From Octopus sinensis (Eukaryota), in assembly GCF_006345805.1 (NCBI RefSeq), contig NC_043006.1, positions 96,596,001 to 96,660,000 of the forward strand: a stretch of 64,000 nucleotides of DNA, read 5' to 3'. How positions within the stretch are numbered: the stretch's first letter is position 1; every line of letters begins with the position of its first letter. The notes beneath the pieces were generated by a model, which saw only the letters and a program-made list of their open reading frames with translations, was not told the origin of the DNA and made no database searches. The position numbers were made by a program, and so were the translations under genes. Shown in pieces: positions 39,190-52,125 of the stretch.

Positions 39190-40997
39190 GAAAAAACGTT
39201 GAAAAAAGCAATATGGTAGGCAATTACAGGCCGAAATCCTGTTTGCCACTTATGTGGAAATTTTTGACTGGAATATTCGCAGATTCAATGTACGAACATC
39301 TGGAAAAAATGGTGTTCTGCCACATGAACAGAAAGTTTGCAAGTGTAAGTGCAGAGGTACCAAGTATCAACTCCCGATAGACAAACTGTACTTAGAGACT
39401 GCAAGAGGAAGAAAAGTAACTTAGCCATGTCATGGATCGACAATTGTAAGGTGTACTATATCATCCCACACTCTTGGATTATGGAGTGTATGAATCTATT
39501 TGGTATTGCATCGAATGTTGAGCGATTGCTTCGAAAAAGTATGGCAAATTGGAGGACGGACCTGATAGCATACAAAAGGAGTTTAGGGACAGTAGAAATT
39601 AGGCGGAGCATCTTTCAAGGGGACTGCCTTGGGCTAACGATTCATAACCTCTCCCAAGAGAGGTTATGAAACAGATAGAAGAGACAGGCTATAAGTACTT
39701 GGGGATTTTGGAAATGGATAAATTAATGGAGAAAGAAATGACAAAAAAATTTAAGGTGGAGTACTTGCGCAGACTGAGACTGATCCTAAAGTCGAAATTA
39801 CACGGACGGAATAAGATTGAAGCTATCAATACCTGGGCGATTTGACTCCTTAGATATGGAGCAGGGGTCATCGCATGGACAGTAGACGAAGTTAGCAGCT
39901 TAGACAGAATGACAAGGAAGTTGCTAACTAGTTATGGGCCACTCCACCCCAAAAGTGATACAGACAGACTATATGTACCAAGAAAAAGAGGGGGAAGAGG
40001 ACTTATTGGATGCGAACACAGTATTAGAGCAGAAGAAAACAATATAGTATGATATGTAAAAAGTGCCACAGAACCTCTATTATTAAGAAGGTCAGGCCTG
40101 TGTAGGATGAAAGATTGCAAAGAAAAAGCACAATACAAGAAATTGAAAACGAATGAAACTGAAAATATGTAGGTAAAGAAAAGAATGTGTGGTCAATTTC
40201 ATAGAGATGTTGAAGATAAGACAGACAGAGGGAAAAGATGGCTGTGGATGAATAAAAGTGATTTAAAACCGGAAATGGTGGCTCCAATCTGTGCTGCTCA
40301 AGACCAAGTACTAGAACAAACTACATAAAATACAGAATAGACAACACATCAGAAAGTGATAAGTGCATAATCTGTGGACAAAATGGTGAAACCGTATGGC
40401 ATATTACCAGCCAATGTACGCCACTAGCCCAGAAGGAATATAAGAGACGCCACAACAATATAGCAAGCCTTTTCCATTGGACATTTTGCAACAATTATGG
40501 ACTTGGCAGAGCAAAATAAAATTGGAACGACCACAAACCCGCAGGCATCATCGAATATGATAATGCAAGACTCCTGTGGGATTTTATAATTCAGTGCCAC
40601 CATGAGATAGAGAATAGGAAGCCAGACATAATCTTAACTGAGAAAGGACACAAACTATGCTGGATCATAGATATAGCATGCCCAGCTGACTACAAGGTAT
40701 GCGATAAGGAAGAAAGAAAAGTCGATAGATATGACAGGTTATCTTGGGAGGTAAAGCAGTTGTGGTCGATGAAAAAGGTGGTAGTGGTACCAATAATTGT
40801 CGGAGCCCTGGTAACAGTGAATAAAAATCTCGAGAACTACGATTGAACAAATAGGGGCTGCAAAAAAGGTGGAGCACTGCTTGGAACCGCTCGAAAACTC
40901 CGGAAGGTGCACGAAAAAGGAGAGGTGTTACCTTAGTTCACTGGTAGTAAACAGCCGACACAGTAGTACATCTCTAGCGCTAGAAGATGTGCAAAGG
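39190..40997 (+). mobile_element. 5'-truncated R4/Dong-like non-LTR retrotransposon (RT, zinc knuckle, restriction-like endonuclease), pseudogenised
   Basis: [18 protein letters not shown]; IIPHSWI; IRRSIFQGDCL; GYKYLGILE; RLYVPRKRGGRGL; CIICGQNGETVWHITSQC..LAQKEYKRRHNNIA; LLWDF..RKPDII..WIIDIACP..PIIVGAL; 3' end runs into (AAT/GAT)n. The xDD segment is deleted near 39628. Confidence 0.9.
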
Positions 40998-41044
40998 CAA
41001 TAATGATGATGATGATGATAATAATAATAACAATAATAATAATA

Positions 41045-41129
<85 letters not shown>

Positions 41130-41148
41130 AATGATGATGATAATGATG

Positions 41149-41200
<52 letters not shown>

Positions 41201-41234
41201 TGATGATGATGATGACGATGATGATAATGATGAT

Positions 41235-41269
<35 letters not shown>

Positions 41270-41389
41270 TGATGATGATGATGATAATGATGATGATAAT
41301 GATGATAATAATAATAATAATAATAATAATATAATAATAATAATAATAATAATGATGATGATGATGATGACGATGATGATAATGATGAT

Positions 41390-41427
<38 letters not shown>

Positions 41428-41468
41428 TGATGATGATGATGATGATGATAATGATGATGATGATGATG

Positions 41469-41499
<31 letters not shown>

Positions 41500-41540
41500 T
41501 AATAATAATAATAATGATAATAATAATAATAATAATAATA

Positions 41541-41586
<46 letters not shown>
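40998..41586. repeat. (AAT)n/(GAT)n mosaic with a ~155-bp internal duplication
   Basis: Marker GACGATGATGATAATGATGATATTAAT at ~41214 and ~41369. Confidence 0.92.
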
Positions 41587-41589
<3 letters not shown>

Positions 41590-42796
41590 CATTTATTTGC
41601 CACCAGGGCAAAGGATGAGGGGGACAATACAAATCTGACATAAACTGAGGATTTACATGTAATGAAATGATAAAATAAATAAATAAATAAATAAATAAAC
41701 AAATAAATAAATAAAATACAATTACGAAAGCGAACTCATTGTAACAATCAATAAAAAAACGCGACACAAAGAAAAACTAAGAAAACAAAAGAAATACAAA
41801 TAAAATCACGAAAAAATAAATAATATCGGCTGAAAATGAAATGTCATAGTTAGATGTGAGTTAAGTGTGAAGTGGGGAAGGCAAAGAAAAATAAACTTAC
41901 AGTGTCTCCACATGCTATACACACACAGAGACAAATGCATACACATATGCGGCTCATTCACTTCCAGTGACTCTCAAGTATATGTACACGATAGCTGTAG
42001 ATGTAATACGTTTATTTATTGCACTTTTGTTGCAACAATTGTTACTTTCTATACCGGGCTTTACTTCGTTCGTAAACAAGAAAAGAACGAACACACAAGT
42101 TCTGCCTAGCCTGTCTTTCGAGTTGTTACGTTTCTTGTAAGCTTTGGTTTGAAACTATACATATTACTTGGCTAAAAGTATGTTCCATATTAACCATTAT
42201 TCATCCAGCCAGAGAAATGGCAATCTTCAGACAGATCAAACTAAGGATTTCGTTTGTCAGGCGTAAATGTATTCGACACTGAATCAGTGAAGCTTTCAAT
42301 TCCTACTGTACACACACACACACATACGCGCGTAATTTCTTTTAATTTGTCTCTACAGATTTTCTATAGAATTTGGAGACAGCACTGTGACCTTTCGTGT
42401 ACGAATACGTCTACGTAAGCAATGCGTCTGGATGCAGGTTCATGTGTCATAAAGCCTCTCGGAGCTAATCAACAGCAGCATTCGTCCTGTCTCTCTGGAC
42501 TGCCATATATTGTTTCCAGTATAAATTAATATTACTAAGAAATATTACTGGTCCCTGGCACATTGGGAAAAAAACTGCCAGTACAGCACATCAGATATTT
42601 TGAGAAGCACTGATCTGATATTCAAAGATGTCCTTTCCTAAACTACTGATTCAGTCCTACCTATTTGAACTTTACATTATTCATCATGTTAAATGCTCCT
42701 GCAAAGAGACAATTTCAAAATAAATCACTGTATTTTCTAGCATGTTAGCATGTAAGGCATACAATTGCATAAGTCACATTTCTATTTTACATCCCA

Positions 42797-43830
42797 AGCT
42801 GGCTGGCTGGCCAATTTCAAGCCAGCAAACCAAAGCCGGGCCAGCTAGGCAGCCAAGGCCGGCCCAGTCAGGCATCCAAAACAGGGCCTGTCAGCCATCT
42901 AGCCTAAGCCAGTTTCCAGCCAGCAAGCGAAGGGCGGGCCAGCCAGGCATCCAAAATAGAGGCCAGTTTCCAGCCAGCAAGTCAAGGCCGGGCCAGCCAG
43001 ACATCCAAGACAGGGCCAGCCAGGCCAGCCAGGCCAGCCAGGCCAGCCAAGCAGCCAATGCTCTGCCAGCAAGCCAGCCAGCCTAGGCAAGTTTCCAGCC
43101 TGCAAGCCAAATCCGGGCCAGCCAGACAGTGAAGGCCCGACCAGCCAGCCAACCTAGGCCAGTTTCCAGCCAGCAAGCCAAATCCGGGCCAGCCAGGCAG
43201 CGAAGGACCGGCCAGCCAGCCAGCCTAGACCAGTTTCCAACCAGCAAGCCAAATCCGGGCCAGCCAGGCAGCCAAGGCCCGGCCAGCCAGCCAGCCTAGA
43301 CCAGTTTCCAACCAGCAAGCCAAATCCGGGCCAGCCAGGCAGCCAAGGCCCGGCCAGCCAGCCAGCCTAGACCAGTTTCCAACCAGCAAGCCAAATCCGG
43401 GCCAGCCAGGCAGCCAAGGCCCGCCAGCCAGCCAGCCTAGACCAGTTTCCAACCAGCAAGCCAAATCCGGGCCAGCCAGGCAGCCAAGGCCCGGCCAGCC
43501 AGCCAGCCTAGACCAGTTTCCAACCAGCAAGTCAAATCCGGGCCAGCCAGGCAGCCAAGGCCCGGCCAGCCAGCCAGCCTAGACCAGTTTCCAACCAGCA
43601 AGCCAAATCCGGGCCAGCCAGGCAGCCAAGGCCCGGCCAGCCAGCCAGCCTAGACCAGTTTCCAACCAGCAAGCCAAATCCGGGCCAGCCAGGCAGCCAA
43701 GGCTCGGCCAGCCAGCCAGCCTAGACCAGTTTTCAACCAGCAAGCCAAATCCGGGCCAGCCAGCCAGCCAAGGCTCGGCCAGCCAGCCAGCCTAGACCAG
43801 TTTTCAACCAGCAAGCCAAAACCGGGCCAG
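42797..43830. repeat. GC-rich 71-bp minisatellite (11 regular copies 43080-43830, degenerate copies 5')
   Basis: ATCCGG anchor at 43111, 43182, 43253, 43324, 43395, 43465, 43536, 43607, 43678, 43749 (ACCGG variant at 43820). Confidence 0.95.
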
Positions 43831-44198
43831 CTGTGGATGTGGTGAGAAGTTTGCTTCCTCATATGGTTCTGGGTTCAGTCCCACTGTGTGGCATCTTGGG
43901 CAAGTGTCTTCTACTATAGCCCTGGGCTAACCAAAGCATTGTGAATGGAAGCTGAAAAATGCTCATCATGTGTATATATATCTGTGTGTGTGTCTTTGGG
44001 TTTGTTTTGTCCCCCCACCCCCACAGTTTGACAACTGGTGTTGGTTTGTTTATGACCCCATGACTAAGCAGTTGGACAAATGACCCTGATATGACAAGCA
44101 CCAGATTTAGAAACATAAATACTGGAGTTGAGTTCTATGACTGAATCTTTCAAGGTGGTGCCCTAGGATGGCTGCAGTCCAGTGACTAATACAAGATT
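43831..44198 (+). mobile_element. SINE family A, older degenerate copy
   Basis: TGGTTCTGGGTTCAGTCCCACTG..CTTGGGCAAGTGTCTTCTACTATAGC; degenerate tail. Confidence 0.8.
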
Positions 44199-44276
44199 AA
44201 ATGGGAGCAAAAATCAAGTTGACAATTGCTTACACAGATGCAATTGTAATTGTTAGTATGTCAGTGATATACTTCA

Positions 44277-44670
44277 TCTCTCTATATATATAAAGCTGAA
44301 GTTGTCTGTGTATGGCAGGTTTGGTAGCCTTCAACTAACACTATCTCCTCCGAGACCCTGCGGCGCAAGTTGACCAAAATTGAGAGTATGACAGAAGAAG
44401 GCTTGCTCGTCTTTCCGTAGAAGAAAAAATTCAAATCGGACCATGTTAACACCAAAAATTGTTTCCATCAAAAAAGGCGCTTTTTTCTATTAAAATACCT
44501 ATTTTTTAGGAATTTTTGAATGCTGTATCGCCATTTTTCGGTGTATTTCAACCAGAAAAATGTTCACTTAAAGAGAATAACAAACTACATAATGCAAAAT
44601 TTTTACTTTTCAAAAATTCCAGTTCTAAAGGGTCGAAACAAACCCGAGCAATGCCGGGCGATACTGCTAC
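44277..44670 (+). mobile_element. Non-autonomous Helitron
   Basis: Sits between A(44276) and T(44671). 5' TCTCTCTATATATATAAAGCTGAAG; 3' GC hairpin CCCGAGCAATGCCGGG (44643-58) then CTAC, one change from CTAG. Confidence 0.7.
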
Positions 44671-45980
44671 TAACTTAAATAAAAATAAATAATTTTAGGA
44701 TTAAAATATTGCTTTTGTCTGGTCTTCTATCGATTTACTTGTAAATAATCTCAATATTTTGTAAAGGAGTTAAAGAAGTCTATTTTAACAATAATGCCCT
44801 TTGTCAAAAAACAGTCATTAATCACAAAAATAAGTTTACTTAACTACGATTTAAAAATTCAGTCCGCAATTCGCCCCACTCACTTAATTTTATTTCTGTT
44901 CTGGATGTGCGGATCGTAAAACGCAATAATTAGCTAATAAAACACTATTTAAAACCCTGCAGCACTGCTAGTCTACCAGAAGAAGAAGAAAAGTAAAAGA
45001 GAGGAGAAACTATGACGGTACACTATGTACTATGTTAGCCGTTTCCCTAAGCCCGACAAGTAAATGTATAAACAATGTAGCATAGTTTAAAAACAGACAA
45101 CTTTAAGCTGACATCGATATTTTGTTGAAGTAAAAATTGTCTTTTGATGTGTGTTGGCAGGACATATAGAACATCCAATATCATCTCTCTGGGTTTCTCT
45201 TATTTGGACACCAGGATGTCCCACATTCTTGGCAGCCCGCGGTTCGTTTGATTATGAATTGTGGTGTGTAAGGTGGTGTGGTGTATATGGCGTGTGGCGG
45301 TGATGTTGGGATGGTGGCGTTAGTGTTGGTGGTGATAGTGATGTGACTGATGTGGTGTGGGTGGTAGTGGTGTAGCTGAGATGTTGATGGAGGTGGTGGT
45401 GGTGGTACGGTTGAGGTGCTTGTAGTAGTTTGGTTGAGGTGGTGATACTGGTGGTGGTTGTGTTCTTGTGTATGTGTGTGGAGGGGCTGAGGTTGTAGTG
45501 GTAGTGGTGGTGATGTTGTCAATGGTGTTGTTGTAGCGATGATGATACTGATAATGATCGTTGTGGCAGTGACGGTGGTGGTTGAGGTAGTTGGGGTGGT
45601 GGTAGTGTTTGAAGTAGTAGTAGTAGTAGTAGTAGTAGTCGTTCATAGTTGTGGAATGGCGCGAGATTATTAAAGGTTTCCGGTGATGTAAGGCTGGTTG
45701 TTGTTATTGTAAGTCTTAGGTCAACAGTCGTCGAATCAACCTATGATCAAACATATTCCAGCCAGGACCAACACGCCTTGCAGTGGGTACGTCTCAGACA
45801 TTATTATTTACTGCATCAATTCGTGTGCTCCGAAAATGGTAGTGCATAATATGAGTCATATTGACTGCTTTTTCTAGGAATGCAAGGGACCATATAGAGT
45901 AGTCATGTGCAACACATTTCGAGAAGTGGGCCGCATGAGACATAACTCAGCAACAGGTGGGCCATACTACTAAAAACATT

Positions 45981-46264
45981 CAAGGCAATTTTGCGTTCGC
46001 GTGCCATTCAGAATGTCCCGTGAGCCGCAGCTTGCTCCAAGGTAATATTCTGCTGGCGTGCCATTCAGAAAGTCCCGCGAGTGACAGCTAGCCCCAAGGT
46101 AATTTCTTTTGGCATTTCATTCAGAAAGTCCCGCGAGTGACAGCTTGCCCCAAGGTAATTTCTTTTGGCATTTCATTCAGAAAGTCCCGCGAGCCGCAGT
46201 TTGCTCCAAGGTAATATTCCGCTGGCGTGCCATTCAGAAAGTCCCACGATCCGCAGTTTGCACC
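45981..46264. repeat. 56-57-bp minisatellite, ~4.7 copies
   Basis: CATTCAGAAAGTCCCGCGAG...CCAAGGTAAT unit; two variants arranged A-B-B-A. Confidence 0.9.
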
Positions 46265-46308
46265 CGATTGATACACAAGCTTTCTTGGTGATATGATCGG
46301 CATATGGA

Positions 46309-46520
46309 AAGGCGGCGGGCTGGCAGAATCGCTAGCACGCTAGACAAAATGCTTAGCGGTATTTCGCCCATCACTACGTTCCGAGTTCAAATTTCGCTAA
46401 GGTCGACTTTGTCCTTCGTCCTTTCGTGGTCGATAAATTAAGTACCAGTGAAACACTGGGGTTGATGTAATCTAGTCACCTTGCCCCAAATTTCAGGCCT
46501 TGCGTCTATAGTAAAAAGGA
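46309..46520 (+). mobile_element. SINE family B
   Basis: AAGGCGGCGGGCTGGCAGAATCG head, GAGTTCAAATT, core. Confidence 0.88.
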
Positions 46521-46539
46521 CATGATCGGCTGAGGAGTG

Positions 46540-49385
46540 GTGTAGAGACACTAGCGGTGGTGGTTTGGTGTTGAAGTGGTTAGTGGTAGATCTGGTGGTA
46601 TAATGGTAATGATGATGATGATGATAGGGATAGTGACTTTAGTGATGTTGTTAGTAGTAGTGGTGGTAGTGGTGGTAGCAATGGTGGTAGTTGAAGTGGT
46701 GCTAGTGGTGGTAATGACGGTGTTGGTAGTAGTAGTGTTAATGATGGTGGTCGTACTGGAGGCAGTGATGGTAGAAGGGCTAGTAGAGCTGGTGGTAGTG
46801 GTGGTAGTGGTGGTGGTAAATGTAGTGGTAGTGGTAGCGTGGTGCTGTTAGTGGTAGTGGTAGAGTGGTGATGGTGGTGGTGGTGACTGTAGTAGTAGCA
46901 GTTGTATTAGTAGTAGTAGTAGTAGTAGTAATGGACTAGTGGTATTAGTGTAACGGCAGAAGTACAGTGGTTGCGGTAGCAGTGTATTGGTACAGTTGTG
47001 GTAGTGGTGAATGCTACAACACAGCACCATATGTCGTAGCGATGATAGTGAAACAGGTGTTGTTGTAGTGGCAGTGCTTCAGCAATGGTGGTAGTGCCAT
47101 AGCTTCAGTAGTTGTATAGAGGTGGTACTAATGGTGGTGGTGATGTGGGCAACATAGCGATATAGTGGTAGTGTTGGCAGGGGTGGAATGAAAATGGGTA
47201 GTTTCTGCTGGGGCTTAGGATGGCGATAATGGGATTGGGATGAGAATTTTGACCGTGGCGGCGTGACTGATGATGTTAGAGCGGTGGAATAGTAGTTGAG
47301 GCGGTGGTGGTGGTACTGGAGGTGGTGGTGATGGTGGTTGCAGTGGTAGTGGCAGTGGTGGTTGCGGTGGTAGTGACAGAGGTGATTGTGGTGGTTGTGC
47401 TGGTGATTGTGGTGGTTGCGGTGGTGATGGTAGTGGTGGTGGTGGTGGTGGTGGAGTTGGTGATTGTGGTGATGGTGGCGGTGGTCATGGTGGTGATGAT
47501 GGCGGTAGTGGGGGAAGTGGCGGTGGTGGTGGCGGTGTTGTTGGTGGTAGAAGTGGTGGTGGTGGTAATGGTGGTAGAGTAGTGGTGGTGGTAGTGATGA
47601 CAAATGCGATGTTGTACGAGTATATGTGTGTGTATTACGGAGGCCAGTGCCGATGGCGGTGTTGGTGTATGTGTATGCGTGTCTGACATGGAATGTGGTG
47701 GTGACAGCGATGTGGTAGAGGTGGTAGTTAATGGTAGTGGTGGTGGTGAAATGGCTGTGGTGGCAGTGGTATGTGTATTGTGTTATGCCCTTTGGTGGTG
47801 ATAGTGAGATAATAGGGGAGGGGTTGTGAGAATGGTCATAAGGGCAATGGGTGGTGTGTGCGCGCGCATATATGTCAATTGTATGTAGTGGTGAGAATGG
47901 TTTGATTGTAGTGTTGGTAGTTGTGGTGGAGGGGTGATGGTTGTGATGGTGGTGGTGGTGGTGGCGATAATGGTGGTAGTGACGGTGGCAGTAGTGGAGG
48001 TGGCTATGGTGTTGGTGGTGATGATGATGATAGTGTGGTAGTGGTCGTGGTGGTGGTGATGGAGGTGGTAGTGACGCTGGTAATAGCGGAGGTGACTATG
48101 ATGTTAGTGGTGATGATGGTGATTGGGATGTGGTAGTGGTGGTGGTAGTGGCGGTGGTGGTGATGGTTGTGGTGGTAGTAGTGGTGGCAGTAGTGTTGGT
48201 GACAGTGATATAGTGACGGTGGCGGTATAGGAGGTGGCTGTGGTGTTGGTGGTGATGATGGTGATAGCGGTGTGGTGGTGGTGGTGGTGGTAATCAGTAG
48301 TAGTTGTGGCGTAGCAGTGTGTAGGGGCGTAATAGTTAAAAGAGGTTAATTGTGAGGTAGTGTCTAGGTATTAGTGGTTGTATCGGTAGTAGTAGCGGAG
48401 TGGTGAGCTAGTATAGAGGTGGAGTGTGGTGTTAGGTGAGTGTTTGTTTGTGCGTTGGAGATTATAGTGATGGCGGTAGTTGTGTGGTGAGGTAGTCAAA
48501 TAGTAGCTGTGGTATGGTGACAACCACCAGCACTATAACAAATAACACCACCACCACTACTACTGCTACTACTACCACCGCTACTACCGCAACAACCGAC
48601 ATCACTACCACCACCGCTATCACCACTACTACCAATACTACAATCACTACCACCACAACAACAACCACCATTACCAACACAATTACCACTACCACCACCA
48701 AAGCTACCACCACTACTACCATCGCCTCTACTACCATCACTGTCAACATTACAACCACAACTACCACTACTATTACCACCACAACTACCACCACCACTAC
48801 CACAACAACCATTACCAACACCATTACACCATTACTGCCACCACTACAATCAATAGCACCACAACAACCGCCACCACAATCAACACAACTACTACTACTA
48901 CCTCCACGACTACCACTAAAACTACCACCACTACTACCACCATCACTACTACCATCACTACCACCACTGCTACCACCACAACTACAACTACTATTGTGAT
49001 AGGTAGGTGATGGCATGTGCGATTGTGTGTTGGGGATGTAGTGCTGTTAGTGGTGATGCTAGATGATGCCGGTTGTAGTGGTGGTGGTTATAGTGGTGCT
49101 AATGATGGTAGTTATGGTGGTAGTAGTGAAGGTTGAGAAGGTGTTAGAAGTAGTGGGGTAGTGGTAATGGTAATTGTATTGGTAGTTGTAGTGGCAGTGT
49201 TAGTGGTAATAGTAGTTGTAGTTGTGGTGGTAGTGGTGGTGGTAATTGTGTCAGTAGTGATTCTAGTGGTGGTAGTGGTGACGGCAATGGCGGTAGTAGT
49301 AGTAGTGGTTGTAGTGGTTTTAGTGGTGAAGGCAGTAGCGGTAATGGTGGTGGTGGTGATAATAGTGGCTGTAGTAATAGTAGTG

Positions 49386-49434
<49 letters not shown>

Positions 49435-49640
49435 GAGTGGTGGTGGTGGTGGTGGTGGTAGTAGTGGTTGGGGTAGTTGCGTAGTTGGTTGTTATACGCA
49501 GTTGTGGTATTTCAGTGAGTTTGGGAATGTCGTGATATTGGCGGTGGCGGTGGTGGTAGTAGTGGTTCTGGTGATGGTAGTGGTGGTGTTGGTGGTGGCG
49601 GTGGGAGTTGTGGCGTGGTGTGGTATGGCTTGGTAGTGGT
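46540..49640. repeat. Cryptic (GGT/TAG)n low-complexity field with an embedded (ACC/ACT)n block at ~48530-48995
   Basis: Directly visible strand switch. Confidence 0.9.
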
Positions 49641-50034
49641 ATGCTTGTGTATCTGTATTAAAATATAGTTTGAAGTGAAATGTTTAAAAGTCTTGCAACG
49701 GAAATGGAAAAAACAAAAGATGAAAATAGAAATAAATAAAACAAAAATGTAAACAGAAAGATCATAAAAATAAGAAAATAACAAATAAAATTATTTTGTT
49801 GGTGAAAAAGTATGGAAATCAATGAAAACACAGAAAATCGATAAACAAAATTGTAAAAATATAAACAAGAGAACCTTTACGTAATCTGTCAAACTGCAGG
49901 AAATAGTAGCCAAATCTTTCTCAAACGAGAACTCAATAACCCTTACACAATCACGAACAAAAAAACTGAAGGAAAAAATGTATATTGTTTAATGTATTAC
50001 TTAATAATTTGAAGAAAATAAGGAATTGTCATTG

Positions 50035-50310
50035 AATTAAGTGGCACTCCGTCGGTTACGAGGGTTCCCGTTGATCTGAACAAAGGAACAGCCTGCTCGG
50101 GGAATTAACGTGCAAGTGGCTGAGCACTCCACAGACACGTGTAGCCTTAACGTAGTTCTCAGTGAGTTTCAGCATGACACAGATGGTGACGAAGCTGGCC
50201 CCTTTGAAATACAGGTACTATTCATTTTGGCCAGCTGAGTGGACAGCATCAATGTGAAATAAAGTGTCTTTCTCAGGGACACAACTCATCACCCAGGAAG
50301 TGAACTCACG
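50035..50310 (-). mobile_element. SINE family E; a 3' fragment also lies at ~63380-63445 (+)
   Basis: TGGCACTCCGTCGGTTACGA..GGGTTCCCGTTGATC is the reverse complement of GATCAACTGGAGCACTCGTCGTCGTAACTGACGGAATGC at 63.4 kb, with mismatches. AAATAAAGTGTCTTTCTCAGGGACAC post-tRNA core. Confidence 0.75.
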
Positions 50311-50319
50311 ACGAATAAC

Positions 50320-50728
50320 AGGCGGTGACTTGGCAGAGTCGGTAGCACGCCGGGGAAAATGCTTAACGGTATTTCGTCCATCTTATATTCTGAATTAAAA
50401 TTCGACAGAAGTCGACCTTGCCTTTCCTTCTTTCGGGGTCGATAAAATAAGTACCAGTTGTGCACTGGGGTCAATGAAACCGACGATACCCCTCCCTCAA
50501 AATTCCAAGCTTTGTGCCTACAGTAGAAAGGATTATTATTATTGCTACCAGAATCGTTAGCATGCTAGACAAAATGCATAGCGGTATTTCGTCCGTTTTG
50601 CATTGTGATTTCAAATTTCGCCGAGGTTGACTCTGCCTTTCATCCTTTCGGGGTCGATGAAATAAGCACCAGTCGAACAGTGAGGTCGATTTGATCGACT
50701 TGGATCCTTCCTACAAAATTTCAGGTGT
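50320..50728 (+). mobile_element. SINE family B, two tandem copies
   Basis: Cores at ~50412 and ~50625; the first ends AGAAAGGATTATTATT. Confidence 0.85.
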
Positions 50729-51591
50729 TGAATAACACTTTTTAGAGTGAGGCTGAAATAAAAGTAAATTGGGGTGCGATAAACAGAGTGATTGTCAATA
50801 AGTGCACCCCCGCCAAAAAAAAAAAAAACAAATCAAAAAACAAAACAAAAAAACAAACAAACAAAAAGACAATGACTCCAGTATTTCGCTTTATATATAC
50901 CTATAGCTGATCTTGCTTTGAGTGTCGAAATCATGACGATGCCCGATAAGCAGCTGATGATGGTAACTTCCCTGTTGTACTAAACAATGATTTTGTTCTG
51001 TAGTTATGCTTCTGGTTTTTGCCAATGGTCGGTGATGTACTGTTGCGTTTGTTTTTTCTTTGTACTCGCGCACATATCTCTGTGTGTCTGCGTGTGTGTG
51101 CACGTGTGTGTGCGCGTGCCTGTGTGTATGAATGTGTGTGGGTGTGTGTGTACGGGATTTACGAGGGTTGTTGTAGTTTTAGGGTTAGATATAGTTTTAT
51201 TCATGCAGTCTATAGACAATAATAGCTTAAAACGGTCTAATTGCAAATTATAAAAACTAATACATACGCATGTCTATATGTTCGCATGAATGTATAAACA
51301 CGTACACACATGTACAGGTGTGGTAGATATTGAAATGTCACAAAGGCATTATTGGATAGGTTGTGTCATAGATATGCCGGATGCCAACTGACCACCCTAA
51401 ATTGGCCAAGCTTACGCATGCGCACATACAAGTAAGCTTGGCATGTTTGTTATGCTTGGACGCTTTTCATGAACAGTTTGCTCGAAAATAGTAGAACTTA
51501 CTCACAGATTATCAGTCAATGACGTAGCTTAATATTCTGTAAATAACTTTTCTACAATACGCACAACGATTGAAGTTTTTGTAGAAAGAAG

Positions 51592-51730
51592 TAGGTATTC
51601 GTTTATCGATCTCGAAAGCATGAAAGGCAAATTCGACGTCGGCCGAATTTGAACTCAGAAAGTAAAAAGACAAGGAATGCGTCATAGCATTTTGTCCAGC
51701 GTTCTAACGATTCTACAAGCTCGCCGCTTT
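51592..51730 (-). mobile_element. SINE family B, 3'-truncated
   Basis: ATGAAAGGCAAATTCGACGTCGGCCGAATTTGAACTC...AGCTCGCCGC. Confidence 0.8.
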
Positions 51731-52125
51731 AAAATACTAAAAATGACCAGCACATCTCTATACTATTATAATTTTCGCGCCATTCACTCAGATGGTGGTC
51801 TTTGATTTCTGAAAGGGAAAGAGGAAGAGAGGAACAGGTAGTGAACGGGAGAGAAATAGAAGGCTCATGATTATGGTTCAAAGGTTGCCAAAGTAACAGT
51901 TAGCTACGTGTAATTTCGCTTGATACATAAGACTGCGTATATCTGTATATGTATTTATGGTGCGGTGTTTATCAGAGCGTGTATATAAGTGCACACGTAA
52001 TAGCTGATCAAGGCGTTTTAAATAGTTACAGGCGCATTCATACTAGCATGCATACTTACACGCACACACACACATACACACAATGTGCATGTGTACATAT
52101 ATGTATGTGTATATATATATATATA

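Noticed and set aside
41645-41680. CTGAGGA-TTTACATGTAAT-GAAATGATA as a hammerhead
   Set aside because: 2-nt stem II loop and no stem I pairing.
45161-45270. Candidate exon after ..TGTTGGCAG
   Set aside because: Weak donors, no recognisable protein, no linked exons.
43080-46264. 71-bp and 56-bp arrays as CRISPR
   Set aside because: Head-to-tail tandem units without unique spacers; eukaryotic context; no cas genes.
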